Shown here: positions 39,609 through 52,800 of the stretch, piece after piece
How the letters are laid out: the number at the start of each line of letters is the position of its first letter
Numbering within the stretch: position 1 is the first letter of the stretch
Source of the DNA: Macrostomum lignano
Taxonomy: Eukaryota
Direction: 5' to 3'
NCBI GenBank assembly: GCA_002269645.1
Contig: NIVC01000412.1
Location: 434,001 to 498,000 of the forward strand
Length of the DNA stretch: 64,000 bases
Made by a program: the position numbers and the translations under genes
Notes under the pieces: model-generated
What the model saw: the letters and a program-made list of their open reading frames with translations, nothing else
Database searches by the model: none
Told to the model about the DNA's origin: nothing

Positions 39609-42600
39609 TCAAGCTTTGCCAGACAGGTGCTTCGAGGATTTGGTTATTACAATGACGTTGCTACCGCGACTCGAAGCCACCATGCTTCCGGTGTTGCTCG
39701 GCTGCTGGCCGAAGCGTTTGAGCATCTCGTTGGCGCAGGCGTCCAGCTCGGCTGCCCGACGTCTCAGCTGGTCGGTCTCGGCCAGCGTCTCGGCCAGCAG
39801 CTTCTCCGTCTGCTCGAACTCGCCCTCGGTGGCCGCCAGTCGGTCGCGCGCCTCCGATAGGCGGCGCTCCTCCATCTGGGCGGCCAGCTCCCAGCGTGAG
39901 GTCCGACCGCGCTCCGTTGCTAGGCGGTCGCGAAGGCTCTGCGCCTCGGCGTGCGCCTCCAGCAGTTGGCGACGAGCGTCGATTGAGAGGCGCAAATGAG
40001 GCGGCTGCTGGTCACGGCCTAGTGTTGGAAAATTCGTTTTGTTTGCAACCATATAGCTTTCTATGTATATACGGTATAGGCGGTGCCTTATGCATTAAAA
40101 TTTAGTGCCAGGCTCTGTCTCATGTGAAAAATTGGGCGCCAGCTCCAGCTGCCCTCAAATTGGGCGCCAGCTCCAGCTGTCCTCAAATTGGGCGCCAACT
40201 GTGTCAGCAAATTGGGCGCCAACTGTGTCTGTAACTACATGTACATGTAACTCTGTCTGTAACTAACTGTGTCTGTAAATTGGGCGCCAACGCCAGTCTC
40301 CAAAGGCACTCTCACCTTTCGGCTGCAGCTGCTGCTGCAACTGTCGATCCGGAAAGTCGTTCTTTATAGGCTGATTCGAGGTTCCCGTCGAAGCAAAATG
40401 CGACTGCAGATCGGACAGCGACTGGCTGCAGTGATAACAGGGTGTGAATGTTCCAATGCGTACTTTTTTGAGTAATGTTTTTCAAGTCAAGTAATGAGCC
40501 AAAATCACTCGCATGAGCCAAAATCACTCCCCATGAGCCAAAGTCACTCCCCATGAGCCAAAATCACTCCCCATGAGCCAAAGTCACTCCCCATGAGCTA
40601 AAATCACTCCCCATGAGCCAAAATCACTCCCCATGAGCCAAAGTCACTCCCTATGAGCCAAAATCGCTCCCCATGAGCCAAAGTCACTCCCTATGAGCCA
40701 AAGTCACTCCCCATGAGCCAAAGTCACTCCCTATGAGCCAAAGTCACTCCCCATGAGCCAAAGTCACTCCCTATGAGCCAAAATCACTCCCCATGAGCCA
40801 AAATCACACCCAATGAGCCAAAATCACTCCCCATGAGCCAAAGTCACTCCCTATGAGCCAAAGTCACTCCCCATGAGCCAAAGTCACTCTCCATGAGCCA
40901 AAGTCACTCCCGATGAGCCAAAGTCACTCCCGATGAGCCAAAGTCACTCCCGATGAGCCAAAGTCACTCCCCATAATCCAAAGTCACTCCCCATGAGCCA
41001 GAATCACTCCCCATGAGCCAAAATCACTCCCCATGAGCCAAAATCACTCCCCATGAGCCAAAATCACTCCCCATGAGCCAAAGTCACTCCCCATGAGCCA
41101 AAGTCACTCCCCATGAGCCAAAGTCACTCCCCATGAGCCAAAATCACTCTCCATAATCCAAAGTCACTCCCCATAAGCCAAAATCACTCCCCATGAGCCA
41201 GAATCACTCCCCATGAGCCAGAATCACTCCCCATGAGCCAGAATCACTCCCCATGAGCCAGAATCACTCCCCATGAGCCAGAATCACTCCCCATGAGCCA
41301 GAATCACTCCCCATGAGCCAGAATCACTCCCCATGAGCCAAAATCACTCCCCATGAGCCAAAGTCACTCCCCATGAGCTAAAATCACTCCCCATGAGCCA
41401 AAATCACTCCCCATGAGCCAAAGTCACTCCCTATGAGCCAAAATCGCTCCCCATGAGCCAAAGTCACTCCCTATGAGCCAAAGTCACTCCCCATGAGCCA
41501 AAGTCACTCCCTATGAGCCAAAGTCACTCCCCATGAGCCAAAGTCACTCCCTATGAGCCAAAATCACTCCCCATGAGCCAAAATCACACCCAATGAGCCA
41601 AAATCACTCCCCATGAGCCAAAGTCACTCCCTATGAGCCAAAGTCACTCCCCATGAGCCAAAGTCACTCTCCATGAGCCAAAGTCACTCCCGATGAGCCA
41701 AAGTCACTCCCGATGAGCCAAAGTCACTCCCGATGAGCCAAAGTCACTCCCCATAATCCAAAGTCACTCCCCATGAGCCAGAATCACTCCCCATGAGCCA
41801 AAATCACTCCCCATGAGCCAAAATCACTCCCCATGAGCCAAAATCACTCCCCATGAGCCAAAGTCACTCCCCATGAGCCAAAGTCACTCCCCATGAGCCA
41901 AAGTCACTCCCCATGAGCCAAAATCACTCTCCATAATCCAAAGTCACTCCCCATAAGCCAAAATCACTCCCCATGAGCCAGAATCACTCCCCATGAGCCA
42001 GAATCACTCCCCATGAGCCAGAATCACTCCCCATGAGCCAGAATCACTCCCCATGAGCCAGAATCACTCCCCATGAGCCAGAATCACTCCCCATGAGCCA
42101 GAATCACTCCCCATGAGCCAGAATCACTCCCCATGAGCCAGAATCACTCCCCATCACTCACCCAGACCCCGGCGCGGCAGTCGCAGCCCTCAGCAGCCGC
42201 TGTACCGTATCCTCTCCATCAACTTGTTCGCTGCAGCTGCCACCATCGAATCCGCTGGCCTCCGCCCGCCGGCCCAGTCTGATAGTCACGTGACCGGCCC
42301 TTCGGCCGCACTGCTGCAGAATCTCCGTAGCAACCGCCGGCGTCACCGCCACCAGACGCCGATTGCTGATTTCCAGAATCTAAGGATGCATAAAAGAAAG
42401 TTGGACAAGTTTTCAAGGTGCCAGTACTGCATAGATTTAACTGTTTTATTGGCAGACGAATTGCACCAAATCTCTACGAGCGTAATTGGTCTTTTATTTA
42501 ATTAGCAAAAGGAAATTCGGGTGAGTGGAGAGGGGCACTGTTTTGCGCAGACATTGTAGAGTTTTTAGAGGGGGTTGTTGGCGCCTACGCAACGCCGTCA

Positions 42601-43621
42601 AAAAATCTATTTCGCTTGCTAGGCTTGCTACTTCACAGTTGAATTTGGTTTGACCACTCGGCTTTGGAATTTGCATGCAGGGGAGACTAGAATGAGGCTC
42701 CAGGTGCGCAGTTTTTGTCCTAAGAGCTCTTGTAATCAGGGGCGCTTCACTTGCAACAGGGGCGCTTCACTTGCAACAGGGGCGCTTCACTTGCAACAGG
42801 GGCGCTTCACTTGCAACAGGGGCGCTTCACTTGCAACAGGGGCGCTTCACTTGCAACAGGGGCGCTTCACTTGCAACAGGGGCGCTTAAATTGGAACAGG
42901 GGAGCTTAAATTGGAACAGGGGAGCTTAAATTGGAACAGGGGGAGCTTAAATTGGAACAGGGGAGCTTAAATTGGAACAGGGGGAGCTTATTAAATTGGA
43001 ACAGGAGGAGCTTAAATTGGAACAGGGGGAGCTTAAATTGGAACAGGGGGAGCTTAAATTGGAACAGGGGAGCTTAAATTGGAACAGGGGGAGCTTAAAT
43101 TGGAACAGGGGGAGCTTAAATTGGAACAGGGGGAGCTTAAATTGGAACAGGGGGAGCTTAAATTGGAACAGGGGGAGCTTAAATTGGAACAGGGGGAGCT
43201 TATTAAATTGGAACAGGAGGAGCTTAAATTGGAACAGGGGGAGCTTAAATTGGAACAGGGGGAGCTTAAATTGGAACAGGGGGAGCTTAAATTGGAACAG
43301 GGGGAGCTTAAATTGGAACAGGGGGAGCTTAAATTGGAACAGGGGGAGCTTAAATTGGAACAGGGGGAGCTTAAATTGGAACAGGGGGAGCTTAAATTGG
43401 AACAGGGGGAGCTTAAATTGGAACAGGGGGAGCTTAAATTGGAACAGGGGGAGCTTATTAAATTGGAACAGGGGGAGCTTAAACTGCAACAGGAGAGTTA
43501 AACTGTGCGCCATCAGTCCTGCTCAGCTCAGACTCACCTGGTCACCCAGTCGGATGCGGCCGTCCCGCTCAGCCCAGCCGCCTGGCGTCAGCGACTTCAC
43601 GTAGACGCCGATCCGCTCGCT

Positions 43622-43662
<41 letters not shown>

Positions 43663-45792
43663 TTCCGGTTGCCGTCAGGCCGACGCCCGCCAGTCCGACT
43701 CCGAGACCGTCGGCCGGCCATCGCGGCAGCTCTATCGTCAGCTGACGCAGCCGATTCGCTCGACGTTCGAGTTCTGCGACAACACCGAGGACGGAGGCTG
43801 CCGCGGATTCGTCCTCGCTGCTGGAGGCTGCGGTGGCGTCGCTGCAATAGTGGGTGCGGGGCGCGGCTTCAGTACTAATATTTAGCTGGATATTCTTTCT
43901 ATGCTACTGATTGTCTGCTATTTAAGTAGTGCATGTGCGAAAAAGCGACTATTTTTAAAAAAAGATTAAAAGGTTAAGGTTTGAAGGAAACCTTTCAAGG
44001 CGATTATCAGTGGATTTACAAGGAGATTATCGGTGGATTTACAAGGAGATTATTGTTGGATTTACAAGGCAATTATCGGTGGATTTGCAATGAGACTATC
44101 GGTGGATTTACAAGGCAATTATCGGTAGATTTGCAATGAGACTATCGGTTGATTTACAAGGAGATTGTCGGTGGGTTTAGGAGATTATCGGTGGATTAAG
44201 AGGGCGATTATCGGTGTATAAAGAAAAAATATTATAAATGAATATTTGTAGCGCAATATTATAGCTTGATCCAGAGAAATATTGTCGTGTGCGATTTTCT
44301 TTACCTGTACAAACGAGTAGCATGTACTGCATGTAAAGTCTAAGAGCATCTTTTAGTAAATGTAGTGGTAATTATATAAACTTTCGTTTCCTTAGCCCTG
44401 GTGCTGCACAGGCCATTGTTCTCAGTAAGTTCCAATATCCTGCCTTTCCAAGGTCGAAAACTAATTCACTTAGAAACACAATTTCAAACTCCCGCAGTAG
44501 GGCTTTTATTCACACGGTTAGTTGACTCTCTCTCCTGCATGGCCTCAATGCCTACAGTAATATATAATTTATACTTTTTGGCCGAAGTAACGTGCATTAT
44601 TTATATTTAGCATACCGGCCGCTCCAATGCTGTGCCCTGTGCTCATCCATGCAGCTTATACTTGGAGAAATGCAAAATCTGTTTTTACAACCCCCCTGCG
44701 CGCTGTACTGCAAACTCCAATACATGCGTGAGGCCTTTGAGTAGCCAAGGAGGAATTATGCGGTTTGAACTGCCGATTGGGCTCAGCTGAGCTTGCGTAG
44801 CTTTTGAGCCAAAGTAGCTGGTTTTGATATTGACTTCTTCAGGTCGAATATGAGTGTGGCTTTTTCTGCCGAGCAGACTCACTTAATGATCCCTTATTTC
44901 GTCTTACTCTCCATCTCATTGTTCATTTCACTCTCCATCTCATTGTCCATTTCATCTCCATTTCATTGTCCATTTCACTCTCCATCCACCTTCCATCTCA
45001 TGTTCCATCTCACTCTTCATCTCACTCTCCATCTCACCCTCTACCACACTCTTCACCTTGCTCTCTATCTCACCCTCCATCGTCTTACTCTCCATCTCAC
45101 TGTTCATCTCCCTGTTCATCTCACTCTCCATCTCACTCTCCATCTCACTCTCCATCTCACTCTCCATCTCACCCTCTACCACACTCTTCACCTTGCTCTC
45201 TATCTCACCCTCCATCTCACCCTCGACCGTCTTATTCTCCATCTCACTGTTCATCTCCCTGTTCATCTCACTCTCCATCTCACTCTCCATCTCACCCTTT
45301 ATCTCACTCACCGTTTCACTCTCCATCACACCCTCCATCTCACTCTCTATCTCACTCTCCATCCCACCCTTCATCTCACTCAAAATCTCAATTCGACTAT
45401 TTCTCACTCTGCATAGTAATTAAGTTACTCCCTCACCTATTGGCCAGCATGGATCGGATTTGCACCTGAGGCTTCTCTCGTCCAGTGGCAGCCACATTTG
45501 GCGTTCGTCTCAAGCGAACTTTGAGAAATTCGGCACTCGATGGCTTCTGCTTCTGCTGCTGCTGCTGCTGCTGTCTGACTCCCTGACCCTGCAGCATCCC
45601 GGACGATGAGGCTGTCAGCCTAGAATTGTTAGTCGATTTCAAATTGGACTGGCGATGAGATTCCGCAGCGGAAGCGGCCTGAAACATCTGCCTGATTCGA
45701 GCGACTCGACCAACCTCTGCTGCGGCTGCATCGTCTGCTGGGTTCGTTCGTTTCTGCTGCTGAGCATTGCTGCTCATGTGACCAGGTCTCAT
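39609..45792 (-). CDS. PPP1R9: Neurabin/spinophilin-like protein (actin-binding motif, PDZ, coiled coil), about 476 aa if it ends at 39609
   Basis: Exons 45792..45437, 43874..43538, 42379..42162, 40425..40316, 40018..39609 with matching phases. VARIRQMF resembles spinophilin VHRIKSMF. ELERRANRL...DGLGVGLAGVG...ERIGVYVKSLTPGGWAERDGRIRLGDQ/ILEI is a neurabin-type PDZ. The coiled coil contains AEAQSL. The 3' end is uncertain. Confidence 0.75.
40128..40290. repeat. Short, roughly 27-bp repeat in a neurabin-like intron
   Basis: aaattgggcgcca(g/a)ct occurs 5 times. Confidence 0.85.
40495..42155. repeat. 20-bp minisatellite (1.66 kb) with a 780-bp internal duplication
   Basis: Unit gagccaaaatcactccccat. 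The variant pattern starting at 40561 recurs at 41341. Confidence 0.95.
42736..43495. repeat. Composite 20-bp then 21-bp minisatellite
   Basis: caggggcgcttcacttgcaa (about 7 copies) switches to cagggggagcttaaattggaa (about 28 copies). Confidence 0.95.
43995..44215. repeat. Degenerate roughly 22-bp repeat
   Basis: Recurring gattatcggtggatttacaagg. Confidence 0.8.
44905..45400. repeat. Degenerate pyrimidine-rich repeat (tctcactctcca)n
   Basis: Lies in neurabin-like intron 1 and produces spurious His/Leu/Ser-rich ORFs. Confidence 0.85.
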
Positions 45793-46299
45793 AATTGAAA
45801 CTGTCTAAGTTAATTATATGTAGCTGCGTTTTTAAGATACAGATATAGAATTAAGCATTCATTCGAGACTTCGCACCAATCCGCGTACCACACTTAAAGA
45901 ATTTGAACTGGCGCGCGCAGTCGTTATTAGCCTTTTAAAAACAATCCGGAAGATTTCGTCAAATGCTTGAATTTGAACACGTAAAATCATTTCTAGAGAC
46001 TACTTGAAATGCTTTCTCTTTCGGCGCGGAATTCCGGTCGCAACACAAAAAGTTTTGATGCAAAAGTCACTTTAGGCAGGATTTTTACTTGATAGAGTAT
46101 TCTAATCGAGAATTCGAGACAATTGTGTCAAGGAAAATGGAGCTCTAAGTTTAAGAAACGGAACTACATGTACTGCACAGGTATCGCATGCACCGGGGAT
46201 TGAGAAACCGGGACTGGAGCACAGCAGCTGGGAACGGATAAAATCGCGGTATATATACATGTAAATTTTGAGCACTAGGCGCTAAGGTCGGAGCGCTGG

Positions 46300-47115
46300 G
46301 ATCCCTGGGGATTAGAGCACAAGGGTTGAAACAGAGCACCGGAATCCCAGGCATTACAGAACCAGGGTCAGAGAACTGGGATTCCAGGATTAGAGCACCA
46401 GGGTCGGAGCACCGGGATCCCAGGGGATTAGAACCCATGAGGGTTGGTGCACCGGAACCCAGGATTAGAGCACCAGGTTCGGAGCACCGGGATCCCAGGG
46501 GATTAGAACCCATGAGGGTTGGAGCACCGGAACCCAGGATTAGAGCACCAGGTTCGGAGCACCGGGATCCCAGGGGATTAGAACCCATGATGGTTGGAGC
46601 ACCGGAACCCAGGATTAGAGCACCAGGTTCGGAGCACCGGGATCCCAGGGGATTAGAACCCATGAGGGTTGGAGCACCGGAACCCAGGATTAGAGCACCA
46701 GGTTCGGAGCACCGGGATCCCAGGGGATTAGAACCCAAGGGCACAAGGGTTGAAACAGAGCACCGGAATCCCAGGCATTACAGAACCAGGGTCAGAGAAC
46801 TGGGATTCCAGGATTAGAGCACCAGGGTCGGAGCACCGGGATCCCAGGGGATTAGAACCCATGAGGGTTGGTGCACCGGAACCCAGGATTAGAGCACCAG
46901 GTTCGGAGCACCGGGATCCCAGGGGATTAGAACCCATGAGGGTTGGAGCACCGGAACCCAGGATTAGAGCACCAGGTTCGGAGCACCGGGATCCCAGGGG
47001 ATTAGAACCCATGAGGGTTGGAGCACCGGAACCCAGGATTAGAGCACCAGGTTCAGAGCACCGGGATCCCAGGGGATTAGAACCCATGAGGGTTGGAGCA
47101 CGGGATCCCAGGGAT
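46300..47115. repeat. 75-bp minisatellite with a roughly 424-bp higher-order duplication
   Basis: gggttgg(t/a)gcaccggaaccc recurs every 75 bp. The block gcacaagggttgaaac recurs at about 46317 and 46741. Confidence 0.9.
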
Positions 47116-49688
47116 TTGACTTAAGCAGGTATTTTTTGGTCGAGTTAAAATTTACCAAGCCAATGAAGAAAGCTTTCAAAATAGGGGATATTCAGCGCTA
47201 ATAGATCAAAGACACAAATACACTTTCCACACAAGTAGTCAGGCAGTCTGTATTATTCCTTTAGCTATTAAATAAATATCTCTTTTTGTATTTAGAAAAT
47301 CGAATTGTTTGTTTTATCTAGATGCTTTTGGAATCTGTTAGCGAATAAATAAATGAATATAAGGAAAAACTCGCAAATTTTCACACAAAAACTCGAAGAG
47401 AAAAAATATCGCCGCTGATAAAAAAAACCCGAAAATTATCGACAGAGATTGGTGCAGTTAAACACAGTCAGTTCGAACAAAGCTTGAAAATGAGACCAAG
47501 AGCTAGAAAATAAGATATAGAAATAAATAGTTTTGACCAGAAAAATTGCAGACACGCCATGCACTGACTCGATCAAATAGAAATGGACAGAGAAAGATAT
47601 AAATTATAAACGCGATTTATAGAATAATTGTCAATAAAAAGGAAAGTATATTAATGTGTAGTAAAAATAGACAGAATACTATTTCGCAGCGTACAAATCA
47701 ATTTCGATCAAAATTTTATCTGACTCTAACAAAAATATGCAGCATAATGTCATAATGTAAACAGCGTTAACAACCAAATTCTGGCAAAGTTAAGAATTAA
47801 AGTGTTTTATATGGTTATGAAAATTGTGACAAACAACCCCCGAAAAATTCGAGGAAATAGTCAATCGAAAGTGCTAATGAATAATACAGAATCAAGAGAT
47901 AGTTTAAGCTGCTCAAGAAGTAGGGCTGCTGGTGCTACTGTAAAGCAAAAAAGATTAATGGATATCGAATCGAGATATTTAGGACTAGCAGTTAGTTGAT
48001 GGGACTCGTATGTGAAAAATAAGTCTGACTAAAAGTAGCTATTTGAGTTTTTATTCATCACTATTGGTAGTAGTAGTAATAGCCAAATATGTCTAGCTTA
48101 TATTTGTAGTTTCGTTAACTGCATAATAAAATAGAGAGCGTGAATTATTTTACGAATAAGTAAATTACCAAATTTAATTAGTAGGCGATGGTTCATCAAA
48201 TTGGCGAACTCTTGTGCCGGTTTCTAAATATAGAAGGTTCATTAATATTGGGTAAACATTCCCGTTAAGGGGACTGAGGGTGGAAGTTAAGATAAGAGAG
48301 TTAAAGGGTTAGAGATAAACACACCAATAGGTTATGTACAGCCAGCTCAGGGGATCAGGGGGGTGGGCTGCAATGTACATTCAGGAGAGAGAGGGAAAGA
48401 AGTTGACTACTGGAGGCTAAGGGAAAGCATGTACATTTTAGAGAGGGTTAAGTGAACTAACTGAAAGCTCAGCTTTTTATTGCCCTGGGCCTAAACCCTA
48501 AACGAAGCTTATGAAGCGTAGTCACACGCGCGCCATCAATGGTCACACAAGACTGATGTTCAAAAGTACAAAATGCGAGCTGCACGATCAAGCGGAGGAT
48601 GACCCTTATTTAGCGGTGTTGAATAAGACTTTAATAGCTTTGCCTTTAACACTAAAACAGACTGTAATGATGCATAATCAATGCTAGAACTCCTAATAGA
48701 GAGAAAATCAACCAAAATAGCTCAAGTGTCTGCCAGTAAAAGTACAATCATTAACAATGCTACAAATATGATAAAAAAAACAAACTGCAAGAAGCGTCGC
48801 TATTTTAAATATAAAACTGAGGAAAATCTGAGTTATGAAAGCTTCAAGTGATAAGTAGCTGGAGTGTGCTTACTACAAATCCATGTAGTTAAGGGAAAGT
48901 AAGAACAGATTATGCGCTAAGGAAGATTATGCAATATTTTCATAATTCATTAACGGCTAAAAAGTGCACAGCTGTTTGTAAATAGCTTTATTCTATCAGC
49001 TAGAAAAATAAGCTCGACACACAATGCAATGCATACATAAGAAAATATTTCGTATCAGGCGCAGAATATTGCACTACTGATATAAGCTGCAACAAGTAGT
49101 ATAGTACAATTAATAAAGGAAATGTATCGATTAGGACTCAAGAAAAAAATTGTGCAGCTAAAACGCTCATTTTGTACAAAGCACGACGCGTGACCTTCAA
49201 GCGTGAACTTTAATGACAGAACAGTTGCAGATGATGGATCGACAATACGAGCTGAGCGGCAATGTGACATTGCAGAGTGACATTGGACAAAAGTGCATGA
49301 AAAAGATGCGGGATTTCAGTTACTAACAGTGGATTAAAAAAGAGTAAAACAAAATTCTAGCAGTTACTATTTTAATAAATAGATCGGTCTGTCATCGCAT
49401 TCCTTGATCTCTTGGCAGGATAAATTGACTCAATCGGAATCGAAGTTGCCCGGGGATGTTGCAGGACATACTCGTAAAATTGATTTTTTATGATTGTCGT
49501 GAGGCTGAAGCGATAAAGTCAGACGGAAATGTCCTCTGAAAGCGAGAATTAAAATTGTCAATCTGAGTAAATATTTGTACATACTACATGTATTAGTAAG
49601 AATTTTTGTAGGGTGAATAAATGGTACAGTGATAAAAATATGAACAACTGCAGGCATGTATACTCTCTGCACTTTAGGAACTGAGCAT

Positions 49689-49878
<190 letters not shown>

Positions 49879-49899
49879 AAGAAGTAGCAGGCAACTCAC

Positions 49900-52800
49900 C
49901 CTGAGCTGCAGGCCCGTAGGAGAATGCGGCTCTGGCATTCATCAGATTAGCCAAATCGAGCACCAGACGCTGCAGTCCCACGGCGCCACCACCGCCTGCG
50001 CTGCCGCTGACAACGCCGCCTTCAAGCAGCAGCTGCTCGGGCAGCGGCGGCAGCGAGGCGGGATAGTAGCGCGGCCCTCGAAATGATCGGTGGAGTCGCA
50101 GACATGCAGAGCAGAATAAGTAGCGGAGTACGAGGAGGCGTAGAAAATCGTCTCGATAGTACTGCAAGTAGGCAGCGTCTGCGCGGGCGAGGAGGAATTG
50201 ATTACATTATTGAACTTTGGGAGGCTGGCTGCTCAGTCTGGGGATCTGGGAGGCTGGCTGCTCAGCCTGAGGATCTGGGAGGCTGGCTGCTCAGTCTGGG
50301 GATCTGAGAGGCTGACTGCCAATCTAAGAATCTGGAAGGCTGGCTGCTCAACCTAAGAATCTGGGAGGCTGGCTGCTCAACCTAAGAATCTGGGAGGCTG
50401 GCTGCTCAACCTAAGAATCTGGGAGGCTGGCTGCTCAGCCTGAGAATCTGGGAGGCTGGCTGCTCAACCTAAGAATCTGGGAGGCTGGCTGCTCAGCCTG
50501 AGGATCTGGGAGGCTGGCTGCTCAACCTAAGAATCTCGGAGGCTGGCTGCTCAACCTAAGAATCTGGGAGGCTGGCTGCTCAGCCTGAGGATCTGGGAGG
50601 CTGGCTGCTCAGCCTGAGGATCTGGGAGGCTGGCTGCTCAACCTGAGGATCTGGGAGGCTGGCTGCTCAACCTAAGAATCTGGGAGGCTGGCTGCTCAGC
50701 CTGAGGATCTGGGAGGCTGGCTGCTCAGCCTGAGGATCTGGGAGGCTGGCTGCTCAACCTAAGAATCTCGGAGGCTGGCTGCTCAACCTAAGAATCTGGG
50801 AGGCTGGCTGCTCAACCTAAGAATCTGGGAGACTGGCTGCTCAACCTGAGAATCTGGGAGGCTGGCTGCTCAACCTAAGAATCTGGGAGGCTGGCTGCTC
50901 AACCTAAGAATCTGGGAGGCTGGCTGCTCAACCTAAGAATCTGGGAGGCTGGCTGCTCAACCTAAGAATCTGGGAGGCTGGCTGCTCAGCCTGAGAATCT
51001 GGGAGGCTGGCTGCTCAGCCTGAGAATCTGGGAGGCTGGCTGCTCAGCCTGAGAATCTGGGAGGCTGGCTGCTCAACCTAAGAATCTGGGAGGCTGGCCC
51101 AGCAACTGAGGAGCTCACCAATCTGCCGCGAGCGCATCATGAGTCGGCCAGCTTCGGCCAGGAAGCGATCCACAATGGCCTGCCCCCGGTCCCACAATGC
51201 CAGCGGTAGAGATTGCACGTTGCAGATGAGGCAGAAGGCGGCCAGAGGTGAGTGAAGAAACAGGGTGAACAGGCTCCCCTTGTGGCGTTGGTCTGTGAAT
51301 TCGAAAAGTTCAGCTTAAATATTACTTATTACACGCAATGCGACCTGGTTCAAGAAATACGTGCATCTTAGTCGATACCTACCGACAACATTCGATGGCA
51401 CCAGCTCGGGCGACATCAGGCAGACGAATGGCTGGCCGAACAGGTTGGGAAAATTCTGTAAAGTGGCCGGAAAAGGATTAGAATTATTTAATACTACTGG
51501 GCCGGGTTATTCTGAAACTAATTTGGAACTGACACGATTCTGTCACTGTCTGACACAAATGTCACTGTCTGACACAAATATGTCACTGTCTGACACTATT
51601 CTGTCACTGTCTAATACAAATATGTCACTGTCTGACACTATTCTGTCACTGTCTGAAACTATTCTATCATTGTCTGACACGATTCTATCATTGTCTGACA
51701 CGATTCTGTCACTGTCTGACACGATTCTGTCACTGTCTGACACGATTCTGTCACTGACACGATTCTGGCACTGACACGATTCTGTCACTGTCTGACACGA
51801 TTCTGTCACTGTCTGACACGATTCTGTCACTGTCTGACACGATTCTGTCACTGACACGATTCTGGCACTGACACGATTCTGTCACTGTCTGACATGATTC
51901 TTTTACTAATATGGCACTGGTACTGCCTGTCATATTTAACATTAAGCTATACAATGACACCAAAAATGACTCTCTCACTTATACGAGTAATACTGACAAT
52001 CTAAAACTACTTTAATATAATTTGCTGAAGATATTACAAGAACACAAGCCGCTGAAACCTGGTGTGGAATGGACTACAAACTATGGAATATGGATTAAAA
52101 CTCACCCCAAACGCGGAGCTGTTGTCCGAGTCCACAACAATAAACATGGGCTTCCGTGTGTAAGGAAACAGATCGCCAGGATAAATGCTGAAATTTATTT
52201 AATAAGTCAAGCAATTGATAAATATACGTATAACGCTACTGATAGTAAAACAAAACCGCCAACATTTAATACGGCCGCTATAGTTAAGTTAAAAAACATT
52301 TACCAAAGCGCCAGCCATGCTCTAAAGGATTTTTTTTATTGTAACAGCATGAAAATGTACACCGTCGAACTAAGACAACGACACTCTGTACTTTTTATTT
52401 CTCGGAAAGCAAACATTGTACTTTTGCTTTCTATTTCCTGGAAAACATAATACAGGCGTTGGTTTCTTGAAAATCAGTCCACCGTTTTTTGATTTTCTGG
52501 AAAACGATCTACTCGTAATTGCTTCTTGATTTAAAACAATATTCCGACTTTTGATTTTTCTGGAAAAACATCTCCAGGCTTTTGATTTCATATAAAACTA
52601 TCTAATGACTTTCTATTTCCTGGATAACAATATCCTTGCTTATAAGTTCCTAGAAAACTATCTTCTTACTTTGTGTTTCCTGGAAAACGATCAATAACTA
52701 TTGATTTCCTGGAAAACTATCTACTGACTATTGATTTTCTGGAAAACTATCTACTGACTATTGATTTTCTGGAAAACGATCTAATAACTATTGATTTCCT

